A stretch of DNA of 64,000 nucleotides from positions 3,928,101-3,992,100 of the forward strand of contig NC_092677.1 of NCBI RefSeq assembly GCF_964355755.1. The letters are read 5' to 3'. This DNA is from Antedon mediterranea (lineage: Eukaryota; Animalia; Echinodermata). Below, piece after piece: positions 1 through 13,740 of the stretch (the stretch's first letter is position 1; the number at the start of each line of letters is the position of its first letter). The notes beneath the pieces are model-generated. The model did not search any database and had not been told where the DNA came from. It saw nothing but the letters and a program-made list of their open reading frames with translations. Position numbers and translations under genes: made by a program.

Positions 1-90
1 TGATTGGATCTCAATGGAGATACAAATAAAAATAAGCAAAATGCCAAATCAAAACAGTAAGTAGAACAGCCAGTAAGAAAGTGCCAATTT
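1..90 (-). repeat. Fragment of the Penelope-like pseudo-LTR repeat family seen at 13574-13740
   Basis: Reverse complement matches the 13620-13690 segment (ctggctgtt...ttttgattt.gc...tttgtatctccattgagatcca). Confidence 0.6.
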
Positions 91-1141
91 TTGGAAAACA
101 CTATTCCTAATAGGGCTAATCTTATTTAATTTATAAATAACTGCTGCAAACTTCAAAACTTTTTTTTTCCAAATTTTACAAAACTAATTTGTTGGTGTAA
201 TATTAAGGAACCCAGACATTGAAGTAAAGCTTACCTCTTCCAAAAGACTGATTATTATTTATTAATATTACCATCATGCTGTTGCTCATTAAAGTAACTT
301 TTGAACAATCTTTCCACACACACCTCAACTACTACATTGTGACTCTTTGATGAATTTCTATAGATTACTGCTTTCAGAAGCTATGACAATCATAAAGTAT
401 ATATTATATTAGTATGGCTTTTTTTCATTTAAAATGGTTGAGTGATGAATTGTGACGTGCGGATTACGTTAATATTAAAAACATACGCTGTTGAATATTC
501 CAAATGTGCGTTTTTAGACCATGATTTCGTCGAAATTCAGGTTCAAAACATCATGATGTACATTTTAATATATGAATGTATCTTAACGGTAGAACACCTT
601 TGATCTTTTAGTATTTTAATCCTACATCATTTGTTAATGTGTATAAATGAAGTACGTTTAGCCACGTAGATACTTTAACGTTATTACCTCCAGTGTTAAA
701 TATACCCAAGCCACTTATGGCGGCAATATTTCGGGGGCTGCGGTACAATGCGATTGATATTATGTTTCTGTCCTTTTAAGGAATCGGTGCTTTTTTTTTT
801 ATCATGTTTTGATGTAACAGTTTAATGGTGGCATGATGCGTATGTTTAATATAGGTCAGCATCAGCTAATAGGGCTGCACATCACCTCAAACATATGTTA
901 ATCTCGAAACCAAACGATACGGAAACCGAAGTTTTTAGGCAAACCAGCGGGCGCTTTGGTTTTGGGAGATTCCACTTTAAATTCGTCTATTATTCGTAAC
1001 GTGAATAATTATAAAGAAGGTTTACGTAATGTATAGAAGTATACAAACGATGTAGACGTGTTCCCATTGTTTATTACTGGTAGGCCTAGTACTTGTTACC
1101 AGGCCATCAGTGTTGGGATTTCATTCTCAAATGCATACATT

Positions 1142-1290
1142 TAGTCTATGTTCTAGACCGAAATTAGTAAACGAAAACTATTTTGGCGGATATAGCGTTT
1201 CATACGTATATAAGTATTCAGACAAAAATCGAAACGCCGAAAAAAAAAGAATAAAAAAGACAATAACTACAGATTTGGGGCAGGTTTAGC
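1142..1290 (-). repeat. Dispersed repeat ending in CTAGACTA; other copies at about 2835-2969 and 41750-41899
   Basis: Shared cgtttcgatttttgtctg...tacgtat..aacgc.atat..gccaaaata...ctagacta in three places; this copy is inverted. Confidence 0.6.
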
Positions 1291-1972
1291 AAACAGTATA
1301 CTATTTTTATAAATCAATTTGTGTAAGTTTCTTTTGCGCGTGTATGAATTGTAGACAGAGTGTCGTATAATGAAAATCCATTTTGTTTTAATGATCGCAC
1401 TATGCATGAACCTGTCTCGTAGGAATGGGTCATAACGATAAGTATATAGCTGTCCATTTGCTGCAGAACGAGCTATTATTAATGACTTAAATCATGTTAC
1501 CTCTATTTTGTAATCATTAAGCTTGTAGCTTTAAACTAATTAGTACGTGCATGCAAGGGTTTGAACGTGTTACGCATAAACTCTAACTTAGTTACGATTA
1601 GTTATAGCGTTACGTCAGGATTAATCACCGACTGTACGTAACACGAATGTGTGAATGTACACTGTAGCTAGTGTTGACAATGCAATGCTGTATATCTGTC
1701 TGTCCTACTGACCAGTGCTATGATAGCATTAGTACCCTACTAACTGTTAAATATCTCAACCTCGCCACAGCAGTGAAATGCATTGCATAATTGTTATTAC
1801 TGTATATTTGTCCTTATTTATGATGGTAGTAATGTATATATGTCTGTTGTCCGTCCGTCCTTCTGACCACTGCTGAAAGATTATTAGTACCTTTGTTAAG
1901 ATTACTTGTTCAAAAACATCCAATCTATCTCAACCCTTTGTATATTGAAATTACAATAGCCTTGCCTCATCC

Positions 1973-2763
1973 GGATTAGGCCAAGTTGAGCCGCCGACAA
2001 GTTGAGCCGCCGCCAGAAAAACGTTATTTTCTATGGAACGCCAAATGCTAACTTTCGCCGGTGCTCTTTCAATTTATGTTAGGGATACCGGCGCCGATAA
2101 CGATGTACATTCAAACGTTTATATATCATGGTTTTTAGTATATATATTATTAAATATTATAATTAAAGAAATAATTATGAAAATCTGGCTTGTAGATTCC
2201 AAAATATAAAACATCACCGAAAGTGATCGTTTTTAGCCAAAAATGACGACGTAAACATGTTGCCCCTCACTCAGTCGGCAGTTGTATGAACTACCCTAGG
2301 CCTACTCCATTTTTCGGTAAAATAATTACATAAAATCACGTTTTTTAGTAAAATATTTTGTGTATTAACATTTTAAAATTCAATAAAATATGATATTAAA
2401 AGATTAGTAAATAAAAAATAATATTTATTTAACCTCATTCGAAAAATGTTAATACTCTATTAATTAGTACGTGAGGCCTACACGCGAGAAAAATTATGAG
2501 TGCACTGAATTTTTTCCTCGAAAGATTAAAAACAATTAAATTATTAAATATTACTACTTTCCTTTGCTGTGTTAATTGTAATAGGCCTATATGTAATTAT
2601 ATGTTATTTATTTTCATGACACAATAAACCAAGACCATGAACTTTTATGTACTAGGACACCATCCTAATCACTACGCGAAATGTCGTAAAAGACGCATGC
2701 ACTGGGCGTTTCATAGAAATCACCGGCGGCTCAACTTGTCGGCGGCCCAACCGGTCATATCCC
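1973..2763. mobile_element. Non-autonomous Mutator(MULE)-like MITE, 791 bp
   Basis: TIRs containing gttgagccgccgacaagttgagccgccg and its reverse complement; 9-bp direct repeat GCCTCATCC at 1964-1972 and 2764-2772. A 9-bp TSD is typical of MULEs. Confidence 0.8.
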
Positions 2764-3269
2764 GCCTCATCCGTGCATTTTCTTGAATATTCTAAGTTAG
2801 AACATGATTTCGTCCCCGAGATGACATGTATTGGAATTGCCCCGAGTCTGTCTTTTTTTATGTCAGTTCACCAGTCCGCGTTTCGATTTTTGTCTGAAAT
2901 ACGAGCTCATGTATTATACGTATCAAACGCCATATGTGCCAAAATATTTCGGTCTAGAACCTAGACTAGACATGTGTATACACGTACTGTAAAATGTCAC
3001 TTTAACCTATGACACGGTTTTAAAAATTACTCTGAATTATTGACATGCAGACAAAAATCCTTTTTAAGGCATAAAAATAACCTTTTTGAGAGGGAACTTT
3101 TAAGTATCAGGGAACTGTGATCAAAAGGATTTGTTACGCAATCTGTAATTCGAAAAGCGTGGTACCTAAATTTTCGATACAGTTTAAAATTTCCCCAGAG
3201 ATATGTTATAGATATAGGTATTTATTACTTATTAACGATTTCACAATTAGTCGGCGATTTTATATTGAA

Positions 3270-3640
3270 GTGGATCTCCCGTGTGAATAGACCATTGATA
3301 ATATTATATTATAACCTTTGACAACATTCTTTACAAGCAATTTTTAATAGGTTTAACATTAGACGCTTAAGTCGACCATTCGTAGATCTGCATTTCACAT
3401 TTTGTCGAAAAGTGTGCACTATTCTTCCGTGTGAATAGACCATTTGATAATATTGTAGTTACGGTACCGTAACTAACGGTCTTTACAAGCAATATTTGAT
3501 TACGTTTATAATATTATGAACTTAGGGAGTTTAAGTCGTTATTAGTAGATCTGCATTTCACATTTACAAGTGTGTATTAGACCTTTCGTGTGAATAGACC
3601 ACTTGGTAAGATTATGTGTTACGGTACCGTATACAAATCA
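3270..3640. repeat. Degenerate tandem repeat, about 150-bp unit, about 2.5 copies
   Basis: cgtgtgaatagacca recurs at about 3280, 3428 and 3587; gtagatctgcatttcacatt occurs twice. Confidence 0.65.
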
Positions 3641-3987
3641 ATCTTTGATTAAGTTATACATTAGTAACTTAAGGAGAATAAATAGCACTAGTAATAGTAA
3701 CAAAGAAAGCAATTTGAAAGAAAACGATCGTTTAATTTCTGTTTGTTACCGATACCGTAGTTGCTTTCAGCAATGTTTGTTGATTGTTGTCACGTGTGAA
3801 TGACGTCATGTGAAAGCAAAGGTTTGAGTCGCCGCGCGCCTTGTATATGAAACAAATCTTTGACAAAGCACAACAAGGATGTACATGCAACAACTAGTTT
3901 GACTCTTCCCTGCTAGTATTGCGTACATGTGTAGTAAAATTACGTGAGTTACACGTGTTTGCGTCGCGTGCAAGGTGTAGGAACCAA

Positions 3988-5001
3988 TGGCCGTATTCAC
4001 CAATCTCACTTAGGCTAAGGGAAATACTTACCCTTAAAATTTAAGAATTCCCTTAACAAAGGGAAACACTTAAGGGGTATTCACAAATGAGTTAAGGGAT
4101 TCACTTACCTAAGGAAAACACTTAATGTAAGGGTAAAACTTAAGGGTAAAAATAATCATAAATATTCATGAGTTGTCCCATTGTCCAATCACAGAGGATT
4201 TAATTCCCCTATGGTCCAATCACTTTCCTCTCTAAAACTAATTTGCATATTTAAAAAAAGAGTAAGGAGTTGGGGGGACGGGGAGGATGAAGAGAAAAAT
4301 GTATAGACGATGGCAGTCAAAACAAAAACAAGTAAATGAATATTAAACCTAGACTAATTTGTATGAGGATCAAGAAAAATAGGTCTAGCCTAGATGCTAC
4401 TAACAAACCAACATTCTGTGTAGGCCTAAACTAAACCTGTCTGTATTGAGGCATATGCATCCTAGGCTGGTTACTGGGCAGACCAGGTGCCTAGCATCTC
4501 TACCGAGCCTACTACTAGAATGGGGCTAATTTCTATTACAACGAAATGGGAAGCCATCTTCCACAAAAATAATGGCAGTCAAAACAAAACAAATAAATCA
4601 ATATATAGGCATAGACTAATTTGTATGGGTGGGGATCAGCAAAAAAAGGTCTAGATGCTACTCAAACCAAACATGAATCCTAGGCTGGTTAGTGGGCAGA
4701 CCAACAGGGGGCCTAGCATCTCTACCTAGCCTAGACTGGGGCCATCTACAAGTAGGCATAGTACTCGCACATACAGAATCGTCAGCACAACCAAGGTACT
4801 GAATAGTTAAGGGAACTTTTAAGGGACCTCTGAGGTCCCTTAAAAGTTAAGGGGAAAATAGACCAAGTTAAGAGTTTCCCTTAACCTTAAACCCTTTGTG
4901 AATACCACTTAAGTGAAACCCTTAATATTTTCTTGATTTAAGGGAAATCCTTAGGATTTAAGGGAAATATCTCACTTAAGTGTGATTGGTGAATACGGCC
5001 A
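3988..5001. mobile_element. PIF/Harbinger-like non-autonomous element, about 1 kb
   Basis: TIR tggccgtattcaccaatc.cactta at both ends; 3-bp direct repeat CAA (3985-3987, 5002-5004); subterminal ttaaggg motif arrays; internal ~240-bp tandem duplication. Confidence 0.8.
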
Positions 5002-5481
5002 CAAGATTTTATTCGAACGCCATTCGCGAGTACGCTTCTCCTCCCTACGTAGGCGCAACGCAAGTGACTTGAACCATCATATGTTCGGACGATCCATCGC
5101 GTCGTGATTAGTCAAACTTGCGATGCGTTTACGGCCTTGTGTTGCGTCGAAGTGGAAACCAAGCTTCATAGAGTTAAGCCTGCAAAGTTTTGATTCCCCT
5201 TAGTTAGAATTTAAACATCTGCTAAAACTATGTTTGAGCGAATGTGTGCGTACCGGAGTTACGTCATTTTTTACTTAGATTCAATGATTTTAGTAAAGTT
5301 TCAACATTTCACGTTGCATTAGTTAGTAAATTGACATACAAGTCAAATATTCAGAAACTCCCCGAAGGCATAGATGTTGTCATTTGTTTTTTTTGAATAC
5401 AGAAAGAAAATGTTGTTATTAAAAATGATCATGACAGCAGTTTACGCTACCCTGTCACTCCTCATCTGTAAGACTCAATGA

Positions 5482-5750
5482 ACAAAATGAAAGCACTCAG
5501 AAACTGAGTGAAGTACTTGCCAAAACATTGTCACAGAGGGCGCATGTTGATATTTCGGCACTTTTTAAAAGAATCCAATTTTTCTTTTTTTTTTAATTTG
5601 TGAAATTATTAATGAACCGATTTTTGTAAATTTCCACAGAAATGTTCTGTAAATATGTACCTATGTATACAGACATTTTCAGAATGACTTGAAAATTGGC
5701 GCTATCGTGCTAACAAACAAACAAAGAAAGTACTATACTTGGTAAAAAAC
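5482..5750 (-). mobile_element. DINE-1/HINE-like (Helentron-derived) short element; related copy at about 40497-40735
   Basis: Terminal stem-loop cactcagaaactgagtg next to an A-run, (caaa)n microsatellite and aagtact subterminal motifs; same layout at 40497-40735. Confidence 0.5.
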
Positions 5751-6726
5751 AAAACAAAAATTAGTGATAGAAGGAAGAACATCCACAACTGTTTTGTTCT
5801 AAAAAAACATACATAGAAAAATAGAATACCGGTTCAAAATGAATAAACAACAATGTAAATCAAAACAGAAAATAAACAGCCGGCGAGAGATCCCAGATTT
5901 CAAGACTTTTTTTTATCGATAATGAATCAACTATGTATGATATAGATGATGTAGATAAATCAACCGAAATTTATTCCTTGGCATGAGAAATTATGCTTGT
6001 GAATTTGTTTTTGCAAATTTCAGAGTTATTGCAATAGACCACGATGTCAAATGGAGCGACAAAACTCGCAAAGAAAGCCACTGGGAATTACTACTTAAAA
6101 CAACAAAACCTTATGAACTTAACATTAGGAACATACTACTGTCGACAGATCGGTAAAATTACTCCATTGACTACCTAAATTTAAGTTTCAATTAAAATAA
6201 TAATAATTTGGCCAAAAAAGCGCCACATTGGCCCATAACTCGGCGTTAATTTCATCATTTATGCATGTTATCGTAAGTTGAGGATTACACGGTAACGCCA
6301 ACGTATTAAGCCTCAAGGGTCAATACTGGTAATTTCGATAAATTAGAAAAGTAACCATGACGTCATTCTACGCTTCTTACATACGTACGTACATCATCGA
6401 TAATTCGATATATGAATCATTGATATACTGTCACCTCATCAATAACTTTGATATCTATCGATAACGTCACCGTATGAACATATTATTAGGTAATCCTTTT
6501 ATAGTAGTAGTGCGCCAGATAACTTCAACTTCGGAGACTAGGCAAAACTTATTATTATGAGAGAAACACATAAATCATTCAATGTTGTAGTACCAAAAAA
6601 AGAAATCCCACGATGACAAAAATGCAATCATCTGATCATTAAATTGGAAGACCGTGAAGTATGGACTAAGCGCCTATCTTAACTAAATTCCAAAATCACA
6701 CATCATACAGTAATTCAATCCAAGTA

Positions 6727-6909
6727 CGGGGCGCCGTTCAGGGGAACTGCTTATCGTCATCAAGTGTGACAAAATACACAATGATCAGACCTTTCAGCTT
6801 TGAATGCCAATATGCAACTCGGTGTTTTTTTAAACCGTAATAGATAAAATATATAGATTTTGAACAATTATTTGGCATAATTAGAATGAATGTCCCAAAA
6901 TGCGCCCCG
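6727..6909. mobile_element. Short TA-flanked MITE (cggggcgc termini)
   Basis: TAcggggcgc ... gcgccccgTA; the same terminus recurs at about 16423 and 20426. Confidence 0.55.
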
Positions 6910-9900
6910 TACTCGCATACCGTTATTGATGGAACGCGTCGTTAGTGACCACGCGCAAGAAACCGAAACAATTTGACACCCCCGGATGTCGTATACTGAT
7001 ATACGATGACAATGTTGCGAGTGGGTAAATCATATCATCATTAAATCAAACATTTCCTTTATAAATGGTGGGAATGGGAAGATGTATTACGTTTTCCCAT
7101 TTGTTTACAATGTATATACAAGTCACAGCAGGTCACAGAGAGGTCAAATACACCCGTTCGCGAACATGTACCAACAAGTAATCTTAATTGATTGTCGTTA
7201 TTATTTATTTTAAATTATTTCACTTATTTTGTAATACGTTTCTGTTTTATGAACGTAAACAAGGGATTTTATTTGTCGTAAATGCCGATCAAAAATTACA
7301 AAACATACCGCTTAACGATGGTGGCTCTACGCATACAAGCGCCATGTTTGATTTATCAACACTTTTATTATTATCTGGGAGCGTTCACAAAAAAATGTTG
7401 CTGCTCTATTTGAAAAATTGAACATTCAAAATGTATATAGATATTTTTTTGGTTCAAAACTCCAGAGGCAGTATCGATATGCCGCCGTGTTCTAGAATTA
7501 GCATAGTTCACGTAGAAAAAATTGCTAAATGTTTTCATGTAAAATTCTAAAAATAAAACGAAACACCAAGAATATTTTGATGATTAATGTAGACATCGCG
7601 TTGGTTCACGAAAATCACGTGTGTAGTGATGATAGCAACAATAATATTTAAAGTTTAGCCAATTTAATAACATTGGTAGCCTACATATCACCCCGCGTGT
7701 GTCCCCGCATTTCGCTCTACGGAGACAAACATTCAGCGGTTCAACCGCGGTGTTTTGAACTCCGGAGTTGTTTGATTTTACCTTTCACACCAACACACCG
7801 CGGTGCACCGGAGCGTCAATTTTGTTGCGTTTGGTGTGAAAGGGGTATTTAATATGTATGGCAATTATCGAATGTTGTAAAAGTATCCGTGTTTACTCGG
7901 ATGTGAAGCGATGAGAACTTTGCATTATGGGTTAAATGTAATTGTATTAAATTACTGTGGAGTGGAGTAGCTTTGCGTCAGGGAGTTGAGTACATTACTG
8001 GTCAGATGTTTTTGCCGAGAACTACTTGTAAATTTTTTCTGAAGTATTCTAAAAAAGAGGCATACTTATGAAGTACACATTACGTCAGAGCAGGGTTAAA
8101 TGTAATAAAAAAAGTTTTACCGAACAAACGTTTGTTTGTTGTCGCCGAGTCATGCATTTGTCACGCCTCTACCCGAGAGTTCATGACCTCCAATGCTACT
8201 GACGTCCTCAGAGCTTTACTTAAAATATGGGGTTAAATGTTAAACATGAATTATGCTTTCAAGAATTTCATTTTTTTTTTGGATCCCTATTGTATTGTAT
8301 TGTTATCCCCAATGACGTCATGACTCCACTGTCTCAAATCGTTTCTATGGTGTCCCAGCAGACACGGATACTGCCTAAATGTTTATTGTCGTTAGTCACG
8401 ATACCGGACGCCTGTATCATCACATGGAGAGATCGTCGATTTCTCACCTTATTTAATGTATTATGTAGGGCTACACGTTATGGTAAATGAACCCATTAAC
8501 CACACGAGACTAACATTAATAGTCAATCTATATTGAACAGCGTTGGTTTACTTCTTCTTCTGTCTAGAGAAAGTTGTTAGTGTACACAGCCTCGTAAAAA
8601 CCTCGAGATTCAAATTGATTTTTGAAATGAGTTTCTTGAAAAAAAAATCTACTTATAGAACTCTTAAATAAGAAAAAATAAGTATACTTTATCCCCTTCA
8701 TATAAAAATGTTTCAGTTCGACTTAGTTGGTTAGTCAATTAAAAATAAAAGATAATGCATCAGGCTTAAAAACTAATAATCAGCTCCGTCTGTTTAAAAG
8801 TTTTAATTGCAATGAACTAACATTTATAATCCCTCTATTAACTTTTATAGTTTTTTATATCCGAATTCGTTACCAAGTTAAGTCGTCCTAATAATTTTTT
8901 TCACTCAAAGGTTATATCTATTTGGTGTGTAACGTATGCAGGCGTGTTTTAAGGTTTGACGCAACGCAATTACGTGAATGCACCACAAGGACGCAACGCA
9001 CCGCAAGTAATTTAATCAATAACGCCGCGTAACTGTCGCTTGTCATTGATCAACTCACTTGCGTTGCGCCTACCACCTCTTTGCGTTTTGTCCAAACTTA
9101 TAATATTGCCTGCTTATCCAACGCATGTATGGTAGTGTTCATTTGGGACTGACAATGTCAAACATTCACTGACTTGATTACGTTATACGAGCTGATTCCA
9201 TTAGTTGCGTTGAGACATGAAAATCAATTTCTATTTCAATTTATTTTTTATTTTAGTTTTTAAAGAAAACTGAAGAATACTTCAAGTGGAATAATATTAC
9301 ACTTGATAATCAAATATAACATAAGTTAAAAAAAGAACTTTAAACGTTCCACAAATATATACTTACTTAACTTTTTATTATTATTAATTCTGTATCTGTA
9401 TTAAAAATGTAATTGTACTTGCATGTCTTTCTATAATCTAAAACAAAAAAACTTTGTTTGTAACTTTTGTAACTTAACTTATGACTGTTTATTATTATGC
9501 ATGCATTTCTTTAATCATGGACCATTTGTAAGAACATTATTTTTATTGAAAATGTCATCCATGTAAAATAAGTTTTTTTTTGTCTTGTGTGAGTTCTTCT
9601 CACGTTTATTTAAATTCTCATTGATGAATATATTATATACATATAAGTACATTTGTGACAATTAAAAGTAAGTGTTTAGAGTAGTTAAAATACCGGTATA
9701 TTTACATAATAAGATGCCAGAATTCAGTATTAACCATATATTTTCTCATTTAAAATTTTAGATACGATGTTAATTAAAATGTAGAAATGAGAAATGGCGG
9801 TAAAATACATGATTAAAATTTTCTTGTTAAACTATCTTATTTGTAAAATAAGTTTATAAATAAATAAAATAAAATATAAAAACATGTATACACATACAAG

Positions 9901-10806
9901 GTAATTCATTTTTATTGTGTATGGAGGCGGATAGCCTGTCAAGTGTCTTGTTAGGCTTCAATTTTCACTGTCATAACAAATATGAACATTAAACTGTCGG
10001 TTTTTGAAAATCATAGCTTCTATTCTTCTTCGTACATTCATTATCGTAACATCGTTCCTCATATCTTCTTCTTACATTCATATATGTTCGTAAGATATTT
10101 CCCTCTCTCCTTCTTTTTTACGACTGTGCTTCGTTCTTTTCCCTTTTCCTTTATTTTCACGGTCATATTTTCCCTTTTTCCTTCTTGCACCCCTTTTTCC
10201 TTCTTGCACCCCTTTCTCCTCTCCACATCTGTGTTTCGCGAGATCTTCTCCTTAACCATTCTTTTCACAGTGAGTAAGATATTTTGCTTTTCCTCAATTT
10301 CTTAAATCCACTTTTTGTGAGATTTTTTCCAAATCCACTTTTGATTGTGACGTGTTTTCCGATCCTTCTTACATTTATTTTCTTATATATACATCGTTGT
10401 TTCGTAAGACATTTTGCTTTCCCCTTCTTCTCACGACCATTGTTCGTTTCGACATTTCTTTCTCCTTTTCTTCTTCAATCTAATTTCTTAATATCTTTTC
10501 CAATGTGTTACAATTCCCAGAGTAAGTAAATTTACATTAGATTCTCTTTCTTAACATGTAGCAGCCGTTTACACTGTCCATTAGATTCTCTTTCTTAACA
10601 TGTAGCATCCGTTTACACTGTTCATAGTTCATAATTAATGTAAATAATATCATTTCAATTATCTTAATTCGTATTTTCTTACGTTACGTCATGATTGCAT
10701 AATGTCCTCCTCAATTAATTATACCCACTTACATTATCGGATACTTCTGATAAGCCGAAGCTTTGTTTATGAATCCAAATGCATTTCAATTTCAAATTCT
10801 GTTTAT

Positions 10807-11713
10807 GGGTCTGTTTCTGCTGAAAAAATCAAAATAATCGATTTTTTCCAGTCACCGCAAACCACAAAAATAATCGCGTTGCAATTGAAAATTGCTACGA
10901 CTTTAATCGGTTATTCAGGTAATCGGTTTTTAAAATCACGTCATCATTCCCCCACAGCGCAGTTCAAGTTATGAAAGGCCGATGAGAGTTGGTTTGTTTA
11001 CATCCTATCGCTGCCTAAAACTCTCACATGTAGGATTAAAAATTACTCTTACGTAAAGCTTTATTATTTCTAAAATAAACATCTAGGCCTACTACCGTAC
11101 CACATACAACAGAATAATGATGTTATATTAATAAGGACACGTCGGCGAAAAAAGTTCGTTTCGCCGTTCGTTGGTTCTACCTTCGGCCTGCTAGGCCTAG
11201 AGGCTATTATATTTCTACCGAAACAAGTCAACAGACAACAGGCCTACTAACAAATGACATGTAAAACATCGTTAGCCTGAACTGGTGGTATGTAACGGGT
11301 GTACTTGTAACACAGAATCCCGGAGTCTCTCGGTATAATTCTCCCCCACAAAATAATAAAAATCAAATGTTTAACATTTGATTTTTATTCGGTCTACATC
11401 GCGATCGTGGTTTTGCTGATCGTCGTCGATATCGCGCAAATAAACAGCATGCTTTGTGACGTGAATAAGTTTGTCATACTCTAGAGGTCAAAGTGAGGTC
11501 AATAATCGCTATTTGTGTTGCAGCTCAAAACTGCTCCGCAATAATCGGTTAAAACAAGAAATAATCGATTAAAACACGCAATGGATTGAGTGTTTTTAAT
11601 CGGTTATTTTTAATCGGTTATTTTATTTTGCGCCGTTTCTGCTGCCCAAAAATAATCGATTAAAAAAATAAACGGTTAATAATCGATTATTTCTGCTCAG
11701 CAGAAACAGGCCC
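10807..11713. mobile_element. PIF/Harbinger-like non-autonomous element, 907 bp
   Basis: TIRs gggtctgtttctgctga / tcagcagaaacaggccc; 3-bp direct repeat TAT on both sides; subterminal aataatcgatt / taatcggtta arrays. Confidence 0.8.
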
Positions 11714-12049
11714 TATGATTATCTTTAGTTGGTAGAACTACGTAGGCCTACATCTTTCAAAATTTTAAGTACTCATAAAATTATCTCTAGGGAAGAAGTC
11801 ATTGAAACCATGCAGTAAATAGTAATAGTCCAAAATTGTATTATTTTATTTATTACTGTGAATGTGATGGTGTAGTTTTGGAAATTCTGGGGCACTGGAT
11901 TTTCAGAATCGGAGTTTGTTTTAATTGTCAAAATTCATGCTGTTTTTTTTTTTACCAATCGGTTGAGCCTCAGCATATTCTAATTTTGGTTTTATCGTGT
12001 GGATTGAAGGATACATTCATTAATTGGAGATTTAATTAAGATCAAAGAA

Positions 12050-12180
12050 AATACACGGCCATATACATGGTTGCAGTCGCGTGCGCAAATTTGAATTGGT
12101 GTTTACCGACCGACCCCGACTGACTGACTGACCAACCGACCGACATAGTGAGCTATAGAGTCGCGTTTGTACGCGACTAA
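12050..12180 (-). mobile_element. Short DINE-1/HINE-like element
   Basis: Terminal hairpin agtcgcgt-ttgt-acgcgact, (ccga/ctga)n microsatellite and a second agtcgcgt subterminal copy. Confidence 0.5.
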
Positions 12181-13410
12181 TAATCAGACAAGGAACCATG
12201 CGCTATGTTTTTGATATGTTTTGCTAAAATCATTTGTTTAAAATTCAGGGCATTATTTTTCATCTCCAAATGTATTTGCTGAACTTCGATTAGAGCAAGG
12301 GACTGACAGAACGTGAAGACATGCGCAAACTAATCACCGGCTGCTGGCTACTAAATCTTTTTATTTAAAACAATGTTTGGGGGGTTGTTTAGTCCATTGC
12401 CCATGCTCTAGGTGTTTGTGAATAAACCTAGTTTCTTGAGATAATAAATTCTCTTGTTTGTAATGAAGAAAGGAGATATCTCTAATTTTTACCTAGGCCA
12501 TTGACAATCGTGGACTTTTTTTTAAATCCGAAAGATTCATAGGTAATACCCCTAAATAAACTGAAGTCAACCACACTACCAGTAACGTCTCTACCCAGTT
12601 AAAACAAACAATTTGAGGCGATGCGTTCGAACTAAGTGCTTTTATAGTTCTATGAGTTACAATATATTAAAAATACTTTCTTATTTATAATTGTATCGCT
12701 ATGTTATGGTCTGCAAGAATAACCAAAATGAGCAGTTAAACTTCAATGCTGTGGTGTCTAACGATGTGAACCATAAGACTGTGAGGGGGCTATAAGGTGC
12801 ACACTGCTATACTTGTACTTCTATATTTCTATATAAACTCTTATTCATATAACAAAGATATTACTATTCATGTAATAAGATATTATGCATATTACCGGGC
12901 ATTACGTTTATAATAATGGTCCTATCTATATTTAATTCAGATTACACTTAATATACAGCTCGCTTTTGAAGATAAATACAATATCCTTACGTTTATGGAC
13001 AGTTAGACTAATTTCATAATTTGTATTCATGAAACTATTCTAATGATCGCTTATTTTAGATTATTATATTTTTTCGCGAAATGAAACAATATATACGTTA
13101 TATTTTTAATTTAACAATCGCGAACATTTTGGTCGCAAAAATAAACGGTTTTACCGTATTGTTATTTTTATTTCAACAACCGCGAACATTTTGGTCGCAA
13201 AAATAAAAGGCTTTACCGTATTGTTATTTTTATTTTTGAAGATTTATTACTTTCCAAATTGTTTGATACATTTTTAGAACATGACGTAGACGTACGTCTT
13301 GTACTGACTTGTTACTGTACATCTCGAAAGCTCTGCCATTTTTTTCTGGTTGTTTTATTTTATCGTTTTGGTTTAGCTTTTTACTTATTGTATTTGCCTT
13401 TTGATTTATA

Positions 13411-13540
13411 TAGTTCGAGTCTCGGTTGGGGCGACTTTTTCTCATTCTCACAGATTTCCTCATCTTTATCGTTTCAAATTAATTAATTAAATTTCAGTAA
13501 TACACCGGGCGGTTTAGAATTAATGTTCTTTGCCTGATTT

Positions 13541-13545
<5 letters not shown>
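13411..13545 (+). repeat. 5'-truncated copy of the tRNA-like repeat at 27481-27992
   Basis: Near-identical to 27871-27990 (agttcgagtctcggttggggcgact...ccgggcggtttagaattaatgttct), followed by (TA)n. Confidence 0.85.
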
Positions 13546-13573
<28 letters not shown>

Positions 13574-13577
<4 letters not shown>

Positions 13578-13740
13578 TGAAGGAGGGCTAGTGTTGCACG
13601 AAAGCTCTGCTAACTTTTCTGGCTGTTTACTTTATCGTTTTGATTTAGCTTTTCGCTTTTTATTTTTGTATCTCCATTGAGATCCAGCCACTGATACCCA
13701 CAGCATTGTCATTTTTTTCAGTAATTTGCCTTTGGATTTA
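13574..13740 (+). mobile_element. Penelope-like element pseudo-LTR fragment with a degenerate minimal hammerhead ribozyme motif
   Basis: CTGATGA-aggagggctagtgttgcac-GAAAGCTC at 13574-13607 followed by a T-rich body; partial copies at 13325-13410, 14825-14940, about 31675-31750 and 1-90; bounded by (TA)n. Confidence 0.55.

Noticed and set aside
234-360. Possible minus-strand exon ending G|gtaagc (MSNSMMVILINNNQSFGR)
   Set aside because: Short, no recognisable domain, and partner exons would lie outside the window.
1142-2969. Inverted repeats as the TIRs of one 1.8-kb element
   Set aside because: No TSD at the outer ends and a third solitary copy exists near 41750-41899, so independent insertions are more likely.
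9982-10529. Phe-rich plus-strand and Lys/Glu-rich minus-strand ORFs
   Set aside because: Products of a pyrimidine/purine-skewed low-complexity tract; frames are interrupted and lack clear splice structure.
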